NCBI GenBank assembly: GCA_002269645.1
Contig: NIVC01000220.1
Location: 1-21,084 of the forward strand
Length of the DNA: 21,084 bases
Direction of reading: 5' to 3'
Source of the DNA: Macrostomum lignano
Taxonomy: Eukaryota
Under the pieces are notes generated by a model. It saw nothing but the letters and a program-made list of their open reading frames with translations. It searched no databases and was not told the origin of the DNA. Positions 9,288 through 19,657 of the stretch are shown piece by piece. Within the stretch, counting starts at the first letter, position 1. The number at the start of each line of letters is the position of its first letter. The position numbers were made by a program, and so were the translations under genes.

Positions 9288-10001
9288 CTAGGTTTTGATG
9301 AACACAGCCCATCCGGGTCCGGTCAGGCTGGCTGGCGGGAAGGCGAACGGCAGCAGGCGGCAGGCGAGCAGCTGCTTGGAGAAGACGGCGCCGCTGCAGT
9401 TGGCTCTGGCGCTGCACTGGAGCAGGCAGTCCGCGTCGGACTGGGCAGCGGCCGGCCAGGACGAGTCGACGGTAGAGGTCACCGTGATGTCCGAATTCTT
9501 CAGCACAGTGTATGCATTGTTGCCTGAAAGTTGTGTAATTTTATTAAGATTTTCTCTCAGTTGAAATTCTAAGAGGCAGCGTCGAGCTAACTCACTCGGG
9601 AAGGTCATAGCAAACACGGAGTTGATTGAGAAGCCGCCACAAATCTGCTCTGGGTTTCCCGTGCACTGCCTGTTGCACATGCTATCACTGAGCTGTCCGT
9701 GGAGTCCGTAGGAGCTGCCGCAGAAGCACTGCTTGCCGACCTGCACGCCGAAGTAGGGAAAGCGGCCCAGAGAGCAGACGTTGCTGCAGAACTCGTGCGA
9801 CATGTTGTTGAGGCTGTGCACTAGGTCGCCAACACCAATACTGTACGGCCCCAGATTTTTTAACCCTTTCAGACCTGTCATATCTCTGTTCGAGTTATCA
9901 CCGTCTCGATAACAACCAACGTAGGAGAAATGAGCCACCCTGCCGGCTGCACAGGTCAGGAGGCCGCACAGCAACGCCGACTCTAACAGTGAGATTCTCA
10001 T
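9288..10001 (-). CDS. Secreted WSC-domain protein with C-terminal PAN/Apple-like Cys domain, paralog 1 (2 exons; intron 9524-9595; ~213 aa spliced)
   Basis: Signal-peptide-like N-terminus. WSC pattern YVGCY.D...C...C...YFGVQ.G.QCFCG...C...C.G.....CGG..NSVF. Intron GTGAGT...TTTCAG is 72 nt and in frame, so the ORF track reads through it. Same intron position as paralog 2. Confidence 0.88.
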   Translation of the reverse strand: MRISLLESALLCGLLTCAAGRVAHFSYVGCYRDGDNSNRDMTGLKGLKNLGPYSIGVGDLVHSLNNMSHEFCSNVCSLGRFPYFGVQVGKQCFCGSSYGLHGQLSDSMCNRQCTGNPEQICGGFSINSVFAMTFPSELARRCLLEFQLRENLNKITQLSGNNAYTVLKNSDITVTSTVDSSWPAAAQSDADCLLQCSARANCSGAVFSKQLLACRLLPFAFPPASLTGPGWAVFIKT

Positions 10002-10083
10002 TCTAATTCAAGAATAGTTACGGGTTAAAGCTATCGAATCTCAACATCCGGAGCTTGGAAGCAATTCTCTCACGAGCGTCATC

Positions 10084-10129
10084 CTTTTATCCTTTTCTGA
10101 GTACAGGCATTCAGATTTTATCCAATCAG
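10084..10129 (-). promoter_or_regulatory. Proximal promoter footprint of WSC paralog 1 (GATAAAA box, TGCCTGYACTC box, CCAAT box)
   Basis: Three short motifs shared with the paralog 2 upstream region, where flanking sequence has diverged. Confidence 0.55.
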
Positions 10130-10675
10130 ACGGTTATGTAAGCTTTGAATTAGCCATGCTCGATTATTCACAGATACTAGCGACGGGTCATAGGAAGATT
10201 CAAACAGTTGCGAGCGTATCTAAAACTCCGACAGTGGCGTACTGCAACTTCATTCCCGTAAACAACAATGAGTACTCGCAAACACTGGTTGAAATTCGCT
10301 ACAAATAAAAACAAGCAGTCTCGTACAAGAACAAAACTGACCAAATTTCTCAACCCAATGAAGTGCAGCTACCATTCTGCAACTTTGTCATATACTCAGC
10401 AGCATTAAAAAGTCGCCACTCAATGCGCCAGTGAGCAATTTCTCTTGGACTATTCTGAAATAAAAGATACGAGAAAACTGATCGGGGTAGCTTTAATCCG
10501 TCCAACCCTCGCACACCCCCCCTCCACTTCATTCCTCAACTCAAGTCTGCCGCGGCGTAGCTGAGTTGCATCACTCGCAAAGGATTGAGAGACTTTACCT
10601 GCACTCTCAAAAGTGGCGACCACAGACTGGATCTTCTGTGATGGCAACTTTTCGATGTTGGTGAGTATATAGTAC

Positions 10676-10780
10676 GTGTCCTTGAGCAAGACACTTATTT
10701 ACTCTGCATTGCTTCGGTTCACCCAGCTGTAAAATGGGTGCCAGCAATAGCTATAGCAGTAACTGAGGGTGTGCTAGTCG
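10676..10780 (+). mobile_element. 5'-truncated copy of a tRNA-derived CORE-like SINE
   Basis: GTGTCCTTGAGCAAGACACTT...CACCCAGCTGTAAAATGGGTGCCAGCA aligns in reverse to 13545-13645. Confidence 0.75.
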
Positions 10781-12420
10781 TCAGGCATGTACACTGTCTG
10801 TCCCTCATTGGTTGTCAATTGCACAACAACCCTCGGGCAAGTTTCGTGCAAAAACCCCCTGAAAAATGGTTCCTTTCACGAAATCGTGAAAGCGAGCGAA
10901 CGAAAGTGATAAAATTTTCCCGCAGCACAGGCAATATTTTTGGCGAGCTACAAAAGTTTAAACTTTTCAGTAAAAGCATAAAACTGTAGGGACGTTGACC
11001 CTAAACTTTGCAGGCTCTAAGCAGAGCTACGGGAGATACTCGCAGCACAGGAGAAGATGATGGAAGCTGTCGAGAGCCGACACTCAGTGGCGGTTTGACA
11101 GCTTCAAGCAGGCTGCAGCACAGATTGCAACGCCACCTGATACTCCGTCGATCCCTCCACATCCCTGTTGTGTCTTTAAAGGCAACCATGTGGACACAGA
11201 GCAACCATGCTCGCAATGACCCAATCCACTGACTACAACAGCTTTGTCTCGCCCTTTGTTCGGAAGGTGGCCGCCTCCCCCAGTTACTAGCTCCCTAGCC
11301 TGTGAGTTTCCGTTATTGAAAAAATTTCTTCTATATACAATACTGTTTTTAAACATAGGAAGCAAGCCTCAAAACGAAGGTTTTCCTATTTTTTGAGCAG
11401 CTTTTTTTCTTTTCTTATCAGGTATTTCCCAAAACAATAGAAATCCTTGGAAGGACCGAACCAAAATGAAAACTAAAAAAAATCAATTCGTCAAATTTTT
11501 TTCTTCCATCTTTTATTGTCGAGATACTGCGGAAAGCGCGACCGCCCGAAAAAGAAGAGATCGAGCTTTTGCGACGATCACGGAGGAACCATGCAGCGTC
11601 GCTAGCAGCTTCCTGCTGGAAGGTGGATTTCTGCCCTTCGAGTGTCTCAAAAGCAGCGCATGAGCTGATTAAAGTAGTCAGGTTTGCGTCGTTACCTAAA
11701 TTGTGCGCTAATGTGCATAAATACGCATTCTTGTCAAAATCCCTAATTTCTAGATCCATCCTGTCTAGATCCATTGCGTGTACTGGGTGCATTCCTTTTT
11801 GCACTGGTATTTGGATTCGAACTTAGGATCATGCTGCTTATAATAGGAACCTAGTGGCACAAATGAGAAAACTTCAATTGTAAATTAATTTTTAGGAAGG
11901 TGCAGGTGGCCCTGCACTGATGGTTGAAAGTTGTTGGGACTCTGGTTTTGGGCAGCAAATTGAATGAGGTTTAAAGAATACGTATGGAAAGTGGATAATT
12001 AGAAGACTAATACAAGTAGTGAGTAAAAGTAGTATATTAGGAAGGTTTTCGAACTAAGATGATTTTGTTTTTTTCTTTTAGAATAATCAATATACTTCGT
12101 AGAATTAATGGGATTACGGGGGAAGTGAAAACTCGAATAGCACACTCAGGAAAACTATTGAAATAAATCTTAATCCCAGGAAGATGCATGGTTTAATGCC
12201 ATTTGTTAATTGCCAAAAAGCTGATTGACAATCGATTTAAAACATTTTTTATTTAACTCACACTATCTCACAGTAACAAAGCGAATTCCAGCACATCAAA
12301 AATCTTATTAGATCAAAAACCGATTTTTTTCTGAGATAAATCTTTTTCAGTTTTGTTCAGAGTCGAATCGTTGTCATGCTGTTTGGCTTCGAAGCCGCTT
12401 GTCCTTTTCTCTGAAATCAC

Positions 12421-13139
12421 CTAAGTTTTGATGAACACAGCCCACTCCGGTCCGGTCAGGCTGGCTGGCGGGAAGGCGAACGGCAGCAGGCGGCAGGCGA
12501 GCAGCTGCTTCGAGAAGACGGCGGCGCTGCAGTTGGCTCTGGCGCTGCACTGGAGCAGGCAGTCCGCGTCAGACTGGGCAGCGGCCGGCCAGGACGAGTC
12601 CACGGCAGAGGTCACCGTGATGTCCTTCAGCACAGTGTAGGCATTGCTTTCTGGAAGTTGTGGTTCCAACAAAAACCTACTCAATTAGATAAATTCGCAA
12701 CTCCAAGAGAACGGAGCAATGTTAACTTACTTGGGTAGTGCAGAGCGAACACGGAGTTGATGGTGAAGCCACCGCAAATCTGCTCTGGGTTTCCCTTGCA
12801 CTGGCTGTTACATTTGCTATCGCTGAGCTGTCCGTGGAGTCCGTAGGAGCTGCCGCAGAAGCACTGCTTGCCGACCTGCACGCCGAAGTAGGGGAAGCCG
12901 AACAGAGAGCAGAAGTTGCTGCAGACCCCGAGCGTCATGTCAGGGCTGTACATTAATGCACCGTCGGTGATGTACGATCCCAGATTGTTAAGTCCTTTCA
13001 GTGTTTTCAGGCCTGTCAAGTCTCTGTTTGGGTTAGCGGCGTCTTGGTAGCAACCGACATAAGAGAAATGAGCCACCCTGCCAGCCGCACAGGTCAAGAG
13101 GGCGCACAGCAACGCCGACTGCAGCTGGGAAATGCTCAT
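12421..13139 (-). CDS. Secreted WSC-domain protein with C-terminal PAN/Apple-like Cys domain, paralog 2 (2 exons; intron 12651-12730)
   Basis: Exon 1 MSISQLQS...FALHYP, phase-1 intron GTAAGT...TTCCAG (80 nt), exon 2 (K)SNAYTVLK...WAVFIKT*. Clear paralog of 9288-10001. Confidence 0.9.
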
Positions 13140-13223
13140 TGAGAAGAACTACAAGGCGACAGTTTAAGTCTTTGGAGTCTTAATGATAGTGCTAGTGCTA
13201 TCTTAGTTCTTAGTCGAATCAGT

Positions 13224-13279
13224 CTTTTATCCTGTTGCGAGTGCAGGCAGTAACTAGATGTAGATTACTATCCAATCAG
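13224..13279 (-). promoter_or_regulatory. Proximal promoter footprint of WSC paralog 2
   Basis: On the + strand: CTTTTATCCT (13224), GAGTGCAGGCA (13239), TATCCAATCAG (13269), matching the motifs at 10084, 10099 and 10119. Confidence 0.55.
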
Positions 13280-13518
13280 GTGGTTTCCATTATTGTCTAC
13301 GACATTCTGGAAAATGCTAGAAAGCCTATTGCGATTGGCTACGCACTACTGAATGCTGATTACCTATGATCGCAGATAAAGTGATAAGTTAGAAATAGGT
13401 CTAAATTTGCTGCAGTTCAGATGCCGACCAGATTTCGAGTACAATAAATAATAATTAAATAACTGATTACTACTGACTTAATGGGCAGATAAACAAACGA
13501 CATCTGAAAGCAGCGTAC

Positions 13519-13719
13519 GGCTATTCAGTCCAAGGACTGGTTGGTCGACACACACACCCTGAATTACTCCAGCTAATGCTGGCACCCATTTTACAGCTGG
13601 GTGAACTGAAGCAATGCAGAGTTAAGTTGTCTCGCTCAAGGACACAAATTGTTCTAATTGGGTCGAGAATCGAACCTCCAACCTTCCAGTCGTGAGTCCG
13701 ACGCTCTAACCACTAGGCT
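13519..13719 (-). mobile_element. tRNA-derived SINE with CORE-like central domain
   Basis: Minus strand: A-box-like TAGTGGTTAGAGCG, B-box GGTTCGATTCT (13666-13676), then TGTGTCCTTGAGCGAGACAACTTAACTCTG...CAGCTGTAAAATGGG resembling the MIR/CORE consensus. Second copy at 10676. Confidence 0.8.
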
Positions 13720-14289
13720 CTAGGTTTTAAGAATTCTCAGTAGCTGCTAAGGTAGATGCCGACTTTTCAAGCCGTTTGATGTCCTCTAGTTCTTGCACAC
13801 CTATACCTGTGAAATTGGCTGAGTCCGAAGGCTCACTTCCCAGATAAAATTTTCCAACACGGAAAAAACTTTAAGATTGACACTCATCAGCAAAAATCTT
13901 CACCACACTATCTGACTCTTTGTCCTACGATGAGGGAAATACTGGCAAGAAATTGTGGTAAACGTCGTAGGACGAATACTTTTGGAGCCACATGAGACTG
14001 TTATACTGCTGCTGACACAACGTGTGCCTTTTTAATTGTTATTACGCACCGTGGAGCATCGGTGATTGATTAGAAATACTTTTTTACTTTTTCTAAACAG
14101 TCACATCACAACCAGTTTAGCAACCTGTGCAATTGCGCACTGATGCTCGAACTCAGATGCTAAAGCATCAAACAGTTTCGAAGCATTTTTGAAGCAGTTT
14201 TGCAGCATTGAAAATTTTTCCTGCGACCAACGAACTGAAGACTTGTCTGCTTCTGGCACTGAGGAATCGATCAGTATACGCGTTTTTCT

Positions 14290-14640
14290 CTGGGGCCGGA
14301 GTCCGGAGTCCGGAAACAGCGAGGAGGCGTTGCCGCCCATTTCGCTAAACCCTGGTGACCACGGGCAGCTGGTGCTGCGCGGTGTCGCGCAGGGAGTTCC
14401 AGTGGTGCCGGTGTCCGCAGCGCGGTCCCCCTCCGGAGAGTCCAGGAGGTGGTTTGTCGTCCGCCCGGTAGCTCTTAGGTAGCGGACGAGCTGGCAGAGA
14501 TTCTCGAGACTGAAAACGTCGGAGAGGTCCGGGTTTGGGCCGAGGTAGGTGAGCCTGTCCTGAGTAAAGGTGGGGCATTTACAGATAAAGTGCTCCGCAT
14601 TCTCGACGCCGGAGAGGCAGAACATAAACAGCCTGTGCAT
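14290..14640 (-). mobile_element. 3' fragment of a non-LTR retrotransposon (C-terminal Cys/His domain of ORF2 plus probable 3' region)
   Basis: FC...[13 protein letters not shown]...R..YLG......VF....[10 protein letters not shown] is typical of the end of RNase H-containing LINE ORF2. GC-rich block in an AT-rich context. Boundaries approximate. Confidence 0.65.
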
Positions 14641-15822
14641 GTGTTAAAAACAGTAATTTACAGTAGTCTGAATCACCTTGAGTAGAATTTATACTGATGT
14701 AAAATATTGCATTCGTATGCCTGTGATTTGCGCAGTCAAAGGCTGCTAATCTTCTGGTAGGATTTTGAACTAATACTGCATAACTAGAAAATAAAATACA
14801 AATAACAGAAAAGACACAAATGTAGATTAATCAGAATTTCACCACAGCCGCCTCACGTGAGCTTGTAGTCAGAGACAATGGCCCCCGCAGCTCTGGGCTG
14901 AAGCTGCTTTTCTGAAAGTAGTTCCCAAGGCAGGCAAGCAGAACACAAGTAGGCGATGGAAGGAATTGAGAGCAGAGGCGCAAAAACTGTTTTTGACTTC
15001 ATCGTGAGCTTTCAAATTCTGCGAGCAGTCTCGGGTGACTGCTGTTCTGTTTGTGACACACTGGAAACTTTTCCTGATTCTGACACTGAGGAATCGATGG
15101 GGTTATTCAGCAACTACGAAGTCTTTTGAAGGCTTTTTTGATGAAGGAGAGTTTCTTTGTTTAAAGACAAGTACGCGAGTTTGTAGGGTTTGGATTGGAT
15201 AGGCAAGGAAGGAAAAAATTATGAATCTGCAGCAATGCCATTGTAAACTCTCGTATTCCGTTATAACCTCAGGCGGAAGAAAACCTGCTTAGATGACAAA
15301 ATTTCAGCACTTCTGTATACAGAGCCAGAGATACCACTGAGGCTTGACGAAGCCTCTTGGCGCTTCTTAGATGGATACTCAAGTTACATAACTGAGCAGA
15401 CTTCCTACAATTTCATCCCCTGGCGTCGATGGGGTGAGATATCGTGAGCTAACGACGACAAGGTTTACACAGGTAACACAGCTCAAGCAATAAGATTTAA
15501 AACGCGGGGGTTGACACGCGGGTTGCTACGGGGGCGAGGGTTAGGCGGTTAGACTCATCAGTTTTACTCTGTTTGAGTTAGAGTGTTTGGGGGAAGTCAG
15601 TTCTGAGTTCTTTTGCTGTCTTTTCGTGCGGGCCGGTCCGCGCGTCCACCCTTCGGTTGCTACGCCCCTCGGGGGTTGTATTGTAATTTGTTATTGAATT
15701 TAATATTCTTATTGAATTCAAATTACAATGCAATATTTGACACAATATGGTATAAATAACTTTTCGCTTCCAATTATTTTCGAACAGCAAGTCATGGCGG
15801 CTGCAGGAAGCGCTCACCGTCA

Positions 15823-15922
15823 CGAATCTGCGTCTCTAGAACTGAATCTGCGTCTCCAGAACTTAATCTGCGTCTCCAGGACTGAATCTGCGTCTCCAGA
15901 ACTGAATCTGCGTCTCCAGAAC
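15823..15922 (+). repeat. 20-bp minisatellite, ~5 degenerate copies
   Basis: ACTGAATCTGCGTCTCCAGA-type units, plus partial units at ~15948-15972. Confidence 0.88.
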
Positions 15923-16064
15923 TTAACAGCTAAAGCAAACAGAGAAGCTGCGTCTAGACTGAATCTGCGTCTGGGCCACTTGATGTGCTATAAATAGTTC
16001 AGGCTACATTCTGGTCTCCAAACTGAAGAGTACATGCAGGCTCATCAATGCACAACTTCAGTGC

Positions 16065-16092
16065 GAAATGCGAAATGCGAAAATCGAAAAGC
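16065..16092 (+). promoter_or_regulatory. GAAA x4 array with 7-bp period upstream of GIMAP copy 1 (IRF-E/ISRE-like)
   Basis: GAAATGC GAAATGC GAAAATC GAAAAGC. Cores are conserved in copy 2 while spacers differ. Function is inferred. Confidence 0.4.
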
Positions 16093-16279
16093 GTACGAAG
16101 AGGACCACTGAGGCAGTACAGGTACTACCTGCTCTAGACAATAGCAAATATGCTTAATGATGAGCTTTACCTAAAGCTCTAGGCACTACTCTGTTCAAAC
16201 TCTATATATCTGTTCAAAGTTTCAAGAACAGAAAACTACTAAGCCATCTCTAACCTACAGAGAAGACTGCACTACAGCA

Positions 16280-17213
16280 ATGTCAGCCGAACAGCCACAA
16301 GACTCCAGCCAGATGACAACGGTGGTCTGAGCAAGACGGGCAGCGGAAAGAGCTCTCTAGCCAACACCCTAATGAACGAGAAAAGCTTCATAGTCGGAAA
16401 CGGCTGATCTGGCAGACGAACCAGTGCGAGGCGCAGATGCGAACGCGTCCGCGGTCGCAGCCTGCTGGTCTGGACACTCCCGGAACCATGGACTCCAAGG
16501 ACGTTAACATGCCGCAGGGTGAGCTGCTGCGCACCCTGAACTGTCCGTGCGGCGTTGACGCCTTTCTCGTGGTCGCCAGAGCGGACGTGCGCTTCACCAA
16601 CGAAGAGTGGGCCATCCGCCAGACTGTGGACGTGTTCGGCCCGGAGTCGTGCAAGCGCGTCATCGTGGTGTTCAGCAGAGGTGACCATTTTGACAACGAC
16701 ATCAACGAATTTAAAAATAAAGAGCTGAAGGTCGCGCGAGAAGAAATTCCTGGATTCGACAAGATGATGAAGGACTTCGGAGACCGCTATGTGCTGATGG
16801 ACAACGGCAAGAGGTGCGACACGGAAGTGCAGGAACGGCAGGTGGCATCGCTGATGGGCCTTATCGATGAGGTATCGAAGCTGAACCCGAGCAAGTACAA
16901 GTACCTGGATAAGCAGACTGAGGAGCGGAAACGCCGAGAGGAGGCTGAGGCCCAGAAGCAGAATGACGTAGAAGATGGAAAAGATGGAAGCCGAGATCAA
17001 GCTTTTAAAGAAACAGCATCAGCAGCAGCAGCAGCAGCATCAGCAGCATCAGCAGCAGCATCAGCAGCAGCATCAGCAGCATCAGCGGCAGCAGCAATCA
17101 ATATATGCGCAGCGCCAACAGCCACAGCTCAGTTTAGGCTTTGTGGGCATTGTGAGCAGTCTCGGACAGGAGGCTTGAGCAATCATTGCAAGTCCTGTGG
17201 TCGACGCTGCTAA
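16280..17213 (+). pseudogene. AIG1/GIMAP-family GTPase, copy 1 (intronless, frameshifted in the 5' part)
   Basis: ATG at 16280. P-loop SKTGSGKS out of frame, G3 DTPG, G4-like FSRGD, family motifs RFTNEE, VFG, YVLMDN. Open from 16437 to 17213. Indels at ~16325-16475 may be real or assembly errors. Confidence 0.82.
17014..17096 (+). repeat. GCA/CAG imperfect microsatellite in the GIMAP C-terminus (poly-Ala/Ser in frame, poly-Gln/His in an alternative frame)
   Basis: (CAG)n interrupted by CAT. Equivalent tract in copy 2 at 21047-21084. Confidence 0.9.
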
Positions 17214-18000
17214 GCTATTTGATAAAGTTTTTGGCTGACAGTTTTCTTAAGAACTCCTTACACTCTCCTATCTATAGAAAACCGCTGTCCTATGAGATTG
17301 AGTTAATTTCTGAGTTCTTTGCTTTGGTAGTTTTGTTGAATACTCCATGGTTATTCAGTTTATGAAACCTTGTAAATTAGTGACACAACAAATTTTGCGA
17401 AATGGACTTTTTGAGGTCTATGGCCCAGAGACACGCTCTCTGACTTCTACCCTTTCTGGCCACTGTGTGGCTGGCGGGAGAAGTATTTTGTTGTTGTTGC
17501 TGAAATTGACTCAAATTATGCTGTACTATTGTGCCTCACTGCCTATCCAGAAGCTTATCAATAGTGATTCTTTGCTTGATCAGCTTGCTATCCATTACAG
17601 CAGGCTCAAGAATTTATGCCTCATTCTGCTATGCAAACCAATTAATATCGGTGAAGTAGAAAGTTTGCGCTCAGTGTTAAAAAATTAGTAGTCCTGAGTT
17701 AAGCTTTAATCCAGACAAGACTCACCTTAATTAAAGTCCTAGATGCTATTGGTGTAAAAACAGTGAGAATAAATATAAAATATTTAATACAGGTATTTGT
17801 ACCAACAAGCCACACTTCGAGCATGGCTCCTTCCGATTGCATAAACTTTTAATAGCCAAGAATAAATATAAAGTTATCCGTGTTCTACGCGATATTATGT
17901 GCCTGTGGTAACTTAATCAAGGGCCTAGCAGAAAAAATCATTGAAGATAGTTCTGCTAGGAAGTTCCTATGTTCTTCAATCTGATTTCACTAAATTGGGG

Positions 18001-18070
18001 GCAAGTAGTTAAATAGAATTGCGTTGGACTCTTGTGTCAAAGTCCCGAGTTCGATTCCGTTCGGGCCGCA
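18001..18070 (+). mobile_element. Degenerate tRNA-derived (SINE-like) head
   Basis: B-box-like GAGTTCGATTCC (18047-18058). GCGTTGGACTC matches GCGTCGGACTC of the SINE head at ~13690-13710. No CORE body follows. Confidence 0.4.
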
Positions 18071-19320
18071 TCAATGACAAGGTCATTGTTGTTCAATAGA
18101 AAATAAAAGAAACAGCCTGTGTTCATACAAACTAATGAATTATTGTCGAGACTACAGAATCTCTGTAAATTTTTTACTACGTAAATTATTTTTTGTATAT
18201 CTGCGATTTGCGCAGTCAAAGGCTGCTAATCTTCTGGTAGGATTTTGAACTAATACTGCATAACTAGAAAATAAAATACAAATAACAGAAAAGACACAAA
18301 TGTAGATTAATCAGAATTTCACCACAGCCGCCTCACGTGAGCTTGTAGTCAGAGACAATGGCCCCCGCAGCTCTGGGCTGAAGCTGCTTTTCTGAAAGTA
18401 GTTCCCAAGGCAGGCAAGCAGAACACAAGTAGGCGATGGAAGGAATTGAGAGCAGAGGCGCAAAAACTGTTTTTGACTCCATCGTGAGCTTTCAAATTCT
18501 GCGAGCCGTCTCGGGTGACTGCTGTTCTGCTTCTGACACACTGGAAACTTTTCCTGATTCTGACACTGAGGAATCGATGGGTTATTCAGCAACTATTGTA
18601 AGGCCTTTTTTGATGAAGGATAGTTTCTTTGTTTAAAGACAAGTGCGCGAGTTTGTAGGGCTGGATTGGATAGGCAAGGAAGGAAAAAATTATGAATCTG
18701 CAGCAATGCCATTGTAAACTCTCGTATTCCGTTATAACCTCAGGCGACGAAAACTTCCGATGACAAAATTTCAGCACTTCTGTAGAAAGAGGCAGAGAGA
18801 TACCACTGAGGCTTGACGAAGCCTCTTGACGATTCTTAGATGAATACTCAAGTTACATAACTGAGCAGACTTCCTACAATTTCATCCCCTGGCGTCGATG
18901 GGGTGAGATATCGTGAGCTAACGACGACAAGGTTTACATAACACAGCTCAAGCAATAAGATTTAAAACGCGGGGGTTGACACGCGGGTTGCTACGGGGGC
19001 GAGGGTTAGGCGGTTAGACTCATCAGTTTTACTCTGTTTGAGTTAGAGTGTTTGGGGGAAGCCAGTTCTGAGTTCTTTTCCTGTCTTTTCGTGCGGGCCG
19101 GTCCGCGCGTCCACCCCTCGGTTGCTATGCCCTCAGGGTTGGCCGCCGGTCTTGGGTGCGCCCGCTGCTCCTCCCCAGGAGCGGCCTCCTTGTCGGGCTC
19201 ATTTAATATTCAATAGCAAATAACAATACAATATTTGACACAATATAGTATAAAGAACATTTCGCTTCCAATTATTTTCCAACAGCAAGTCATGGCGGCT
19301 GCAGGAAGCGCTCACCGTCA

Positions 19321-19657
19321 CGAATCTGCGTCTCCAGGACTGAACCTGCGTCTCCAGGACTGAACCTGCGTCTCCAGGACTGAACCTGCGTCTCCAGGAC
19401 TGAACCTGCGTCTCCAGGACTGAACCTGCGTCTCCAGGACTGAACCTGCGTCTCCAGGACTGAACCTGCGTCTCCAGGACTGAACCTGCGTCTCCAGGAC
19501 TGAACCTGCGTCTCCAGGACTGAACCTGCGTCTCCAGGACTGAACCTGCGTCTCCAGGACTGAACCTGCGTCTCCAGGACTGAACCTGCGTCTCCAGGAC
19601 TGAACCTGCGTCTCCAGGACTGAACCTGCGTCTCTAGGACTGAATCTGCGGCTCCAG
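19321..19657 (+). repeat. 20-bp minisatellite, ~17 copies, mostly identical
   Basis: TGAACCTGCGTCTCCAGGAC repeated. Only the first and last two units differ. Confidence 0.97.

Larger units (their letters stand above)
14716..17213 (+). repeat. Tandem segmental duplication, copy 1
   Basis: Aligns with 18196 onward. The offset is 3480 at the start and 4031 at the GIMAP ATG because of VNTR expansion and an insertion in copy 2. Confidence 0.92.

Noticed and set aside
8970-9564. Plus-strand ORFs overlapping WSC exon 2 (also 12428-12956)
   Set aside because: Antisense shadows of the WSC genes.
10590-10666. WIFCDGNF peptide before a GTGAGT donor, reminiscent of the Mutator transposase W..DGTF motif
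   Set aside because: A single short motif with an upstream stop and no supporting downstream DDE residues.
11001-11826. Several 65-128 aa ORFs on both strands
   Set aside because: No recognisable domains or consistent exon structure. Possibly degraded coding DNA, but unsupported.
13655-13719. Functional tRNA gene (also 18001-18070)
   Set aside because: No complete cloverleaf or acceptor stem. The first continues into a SINE body.
15537-15544. GGGTTAGG as interstitial telomeric repeat
   Set aside because: Only a single unit.
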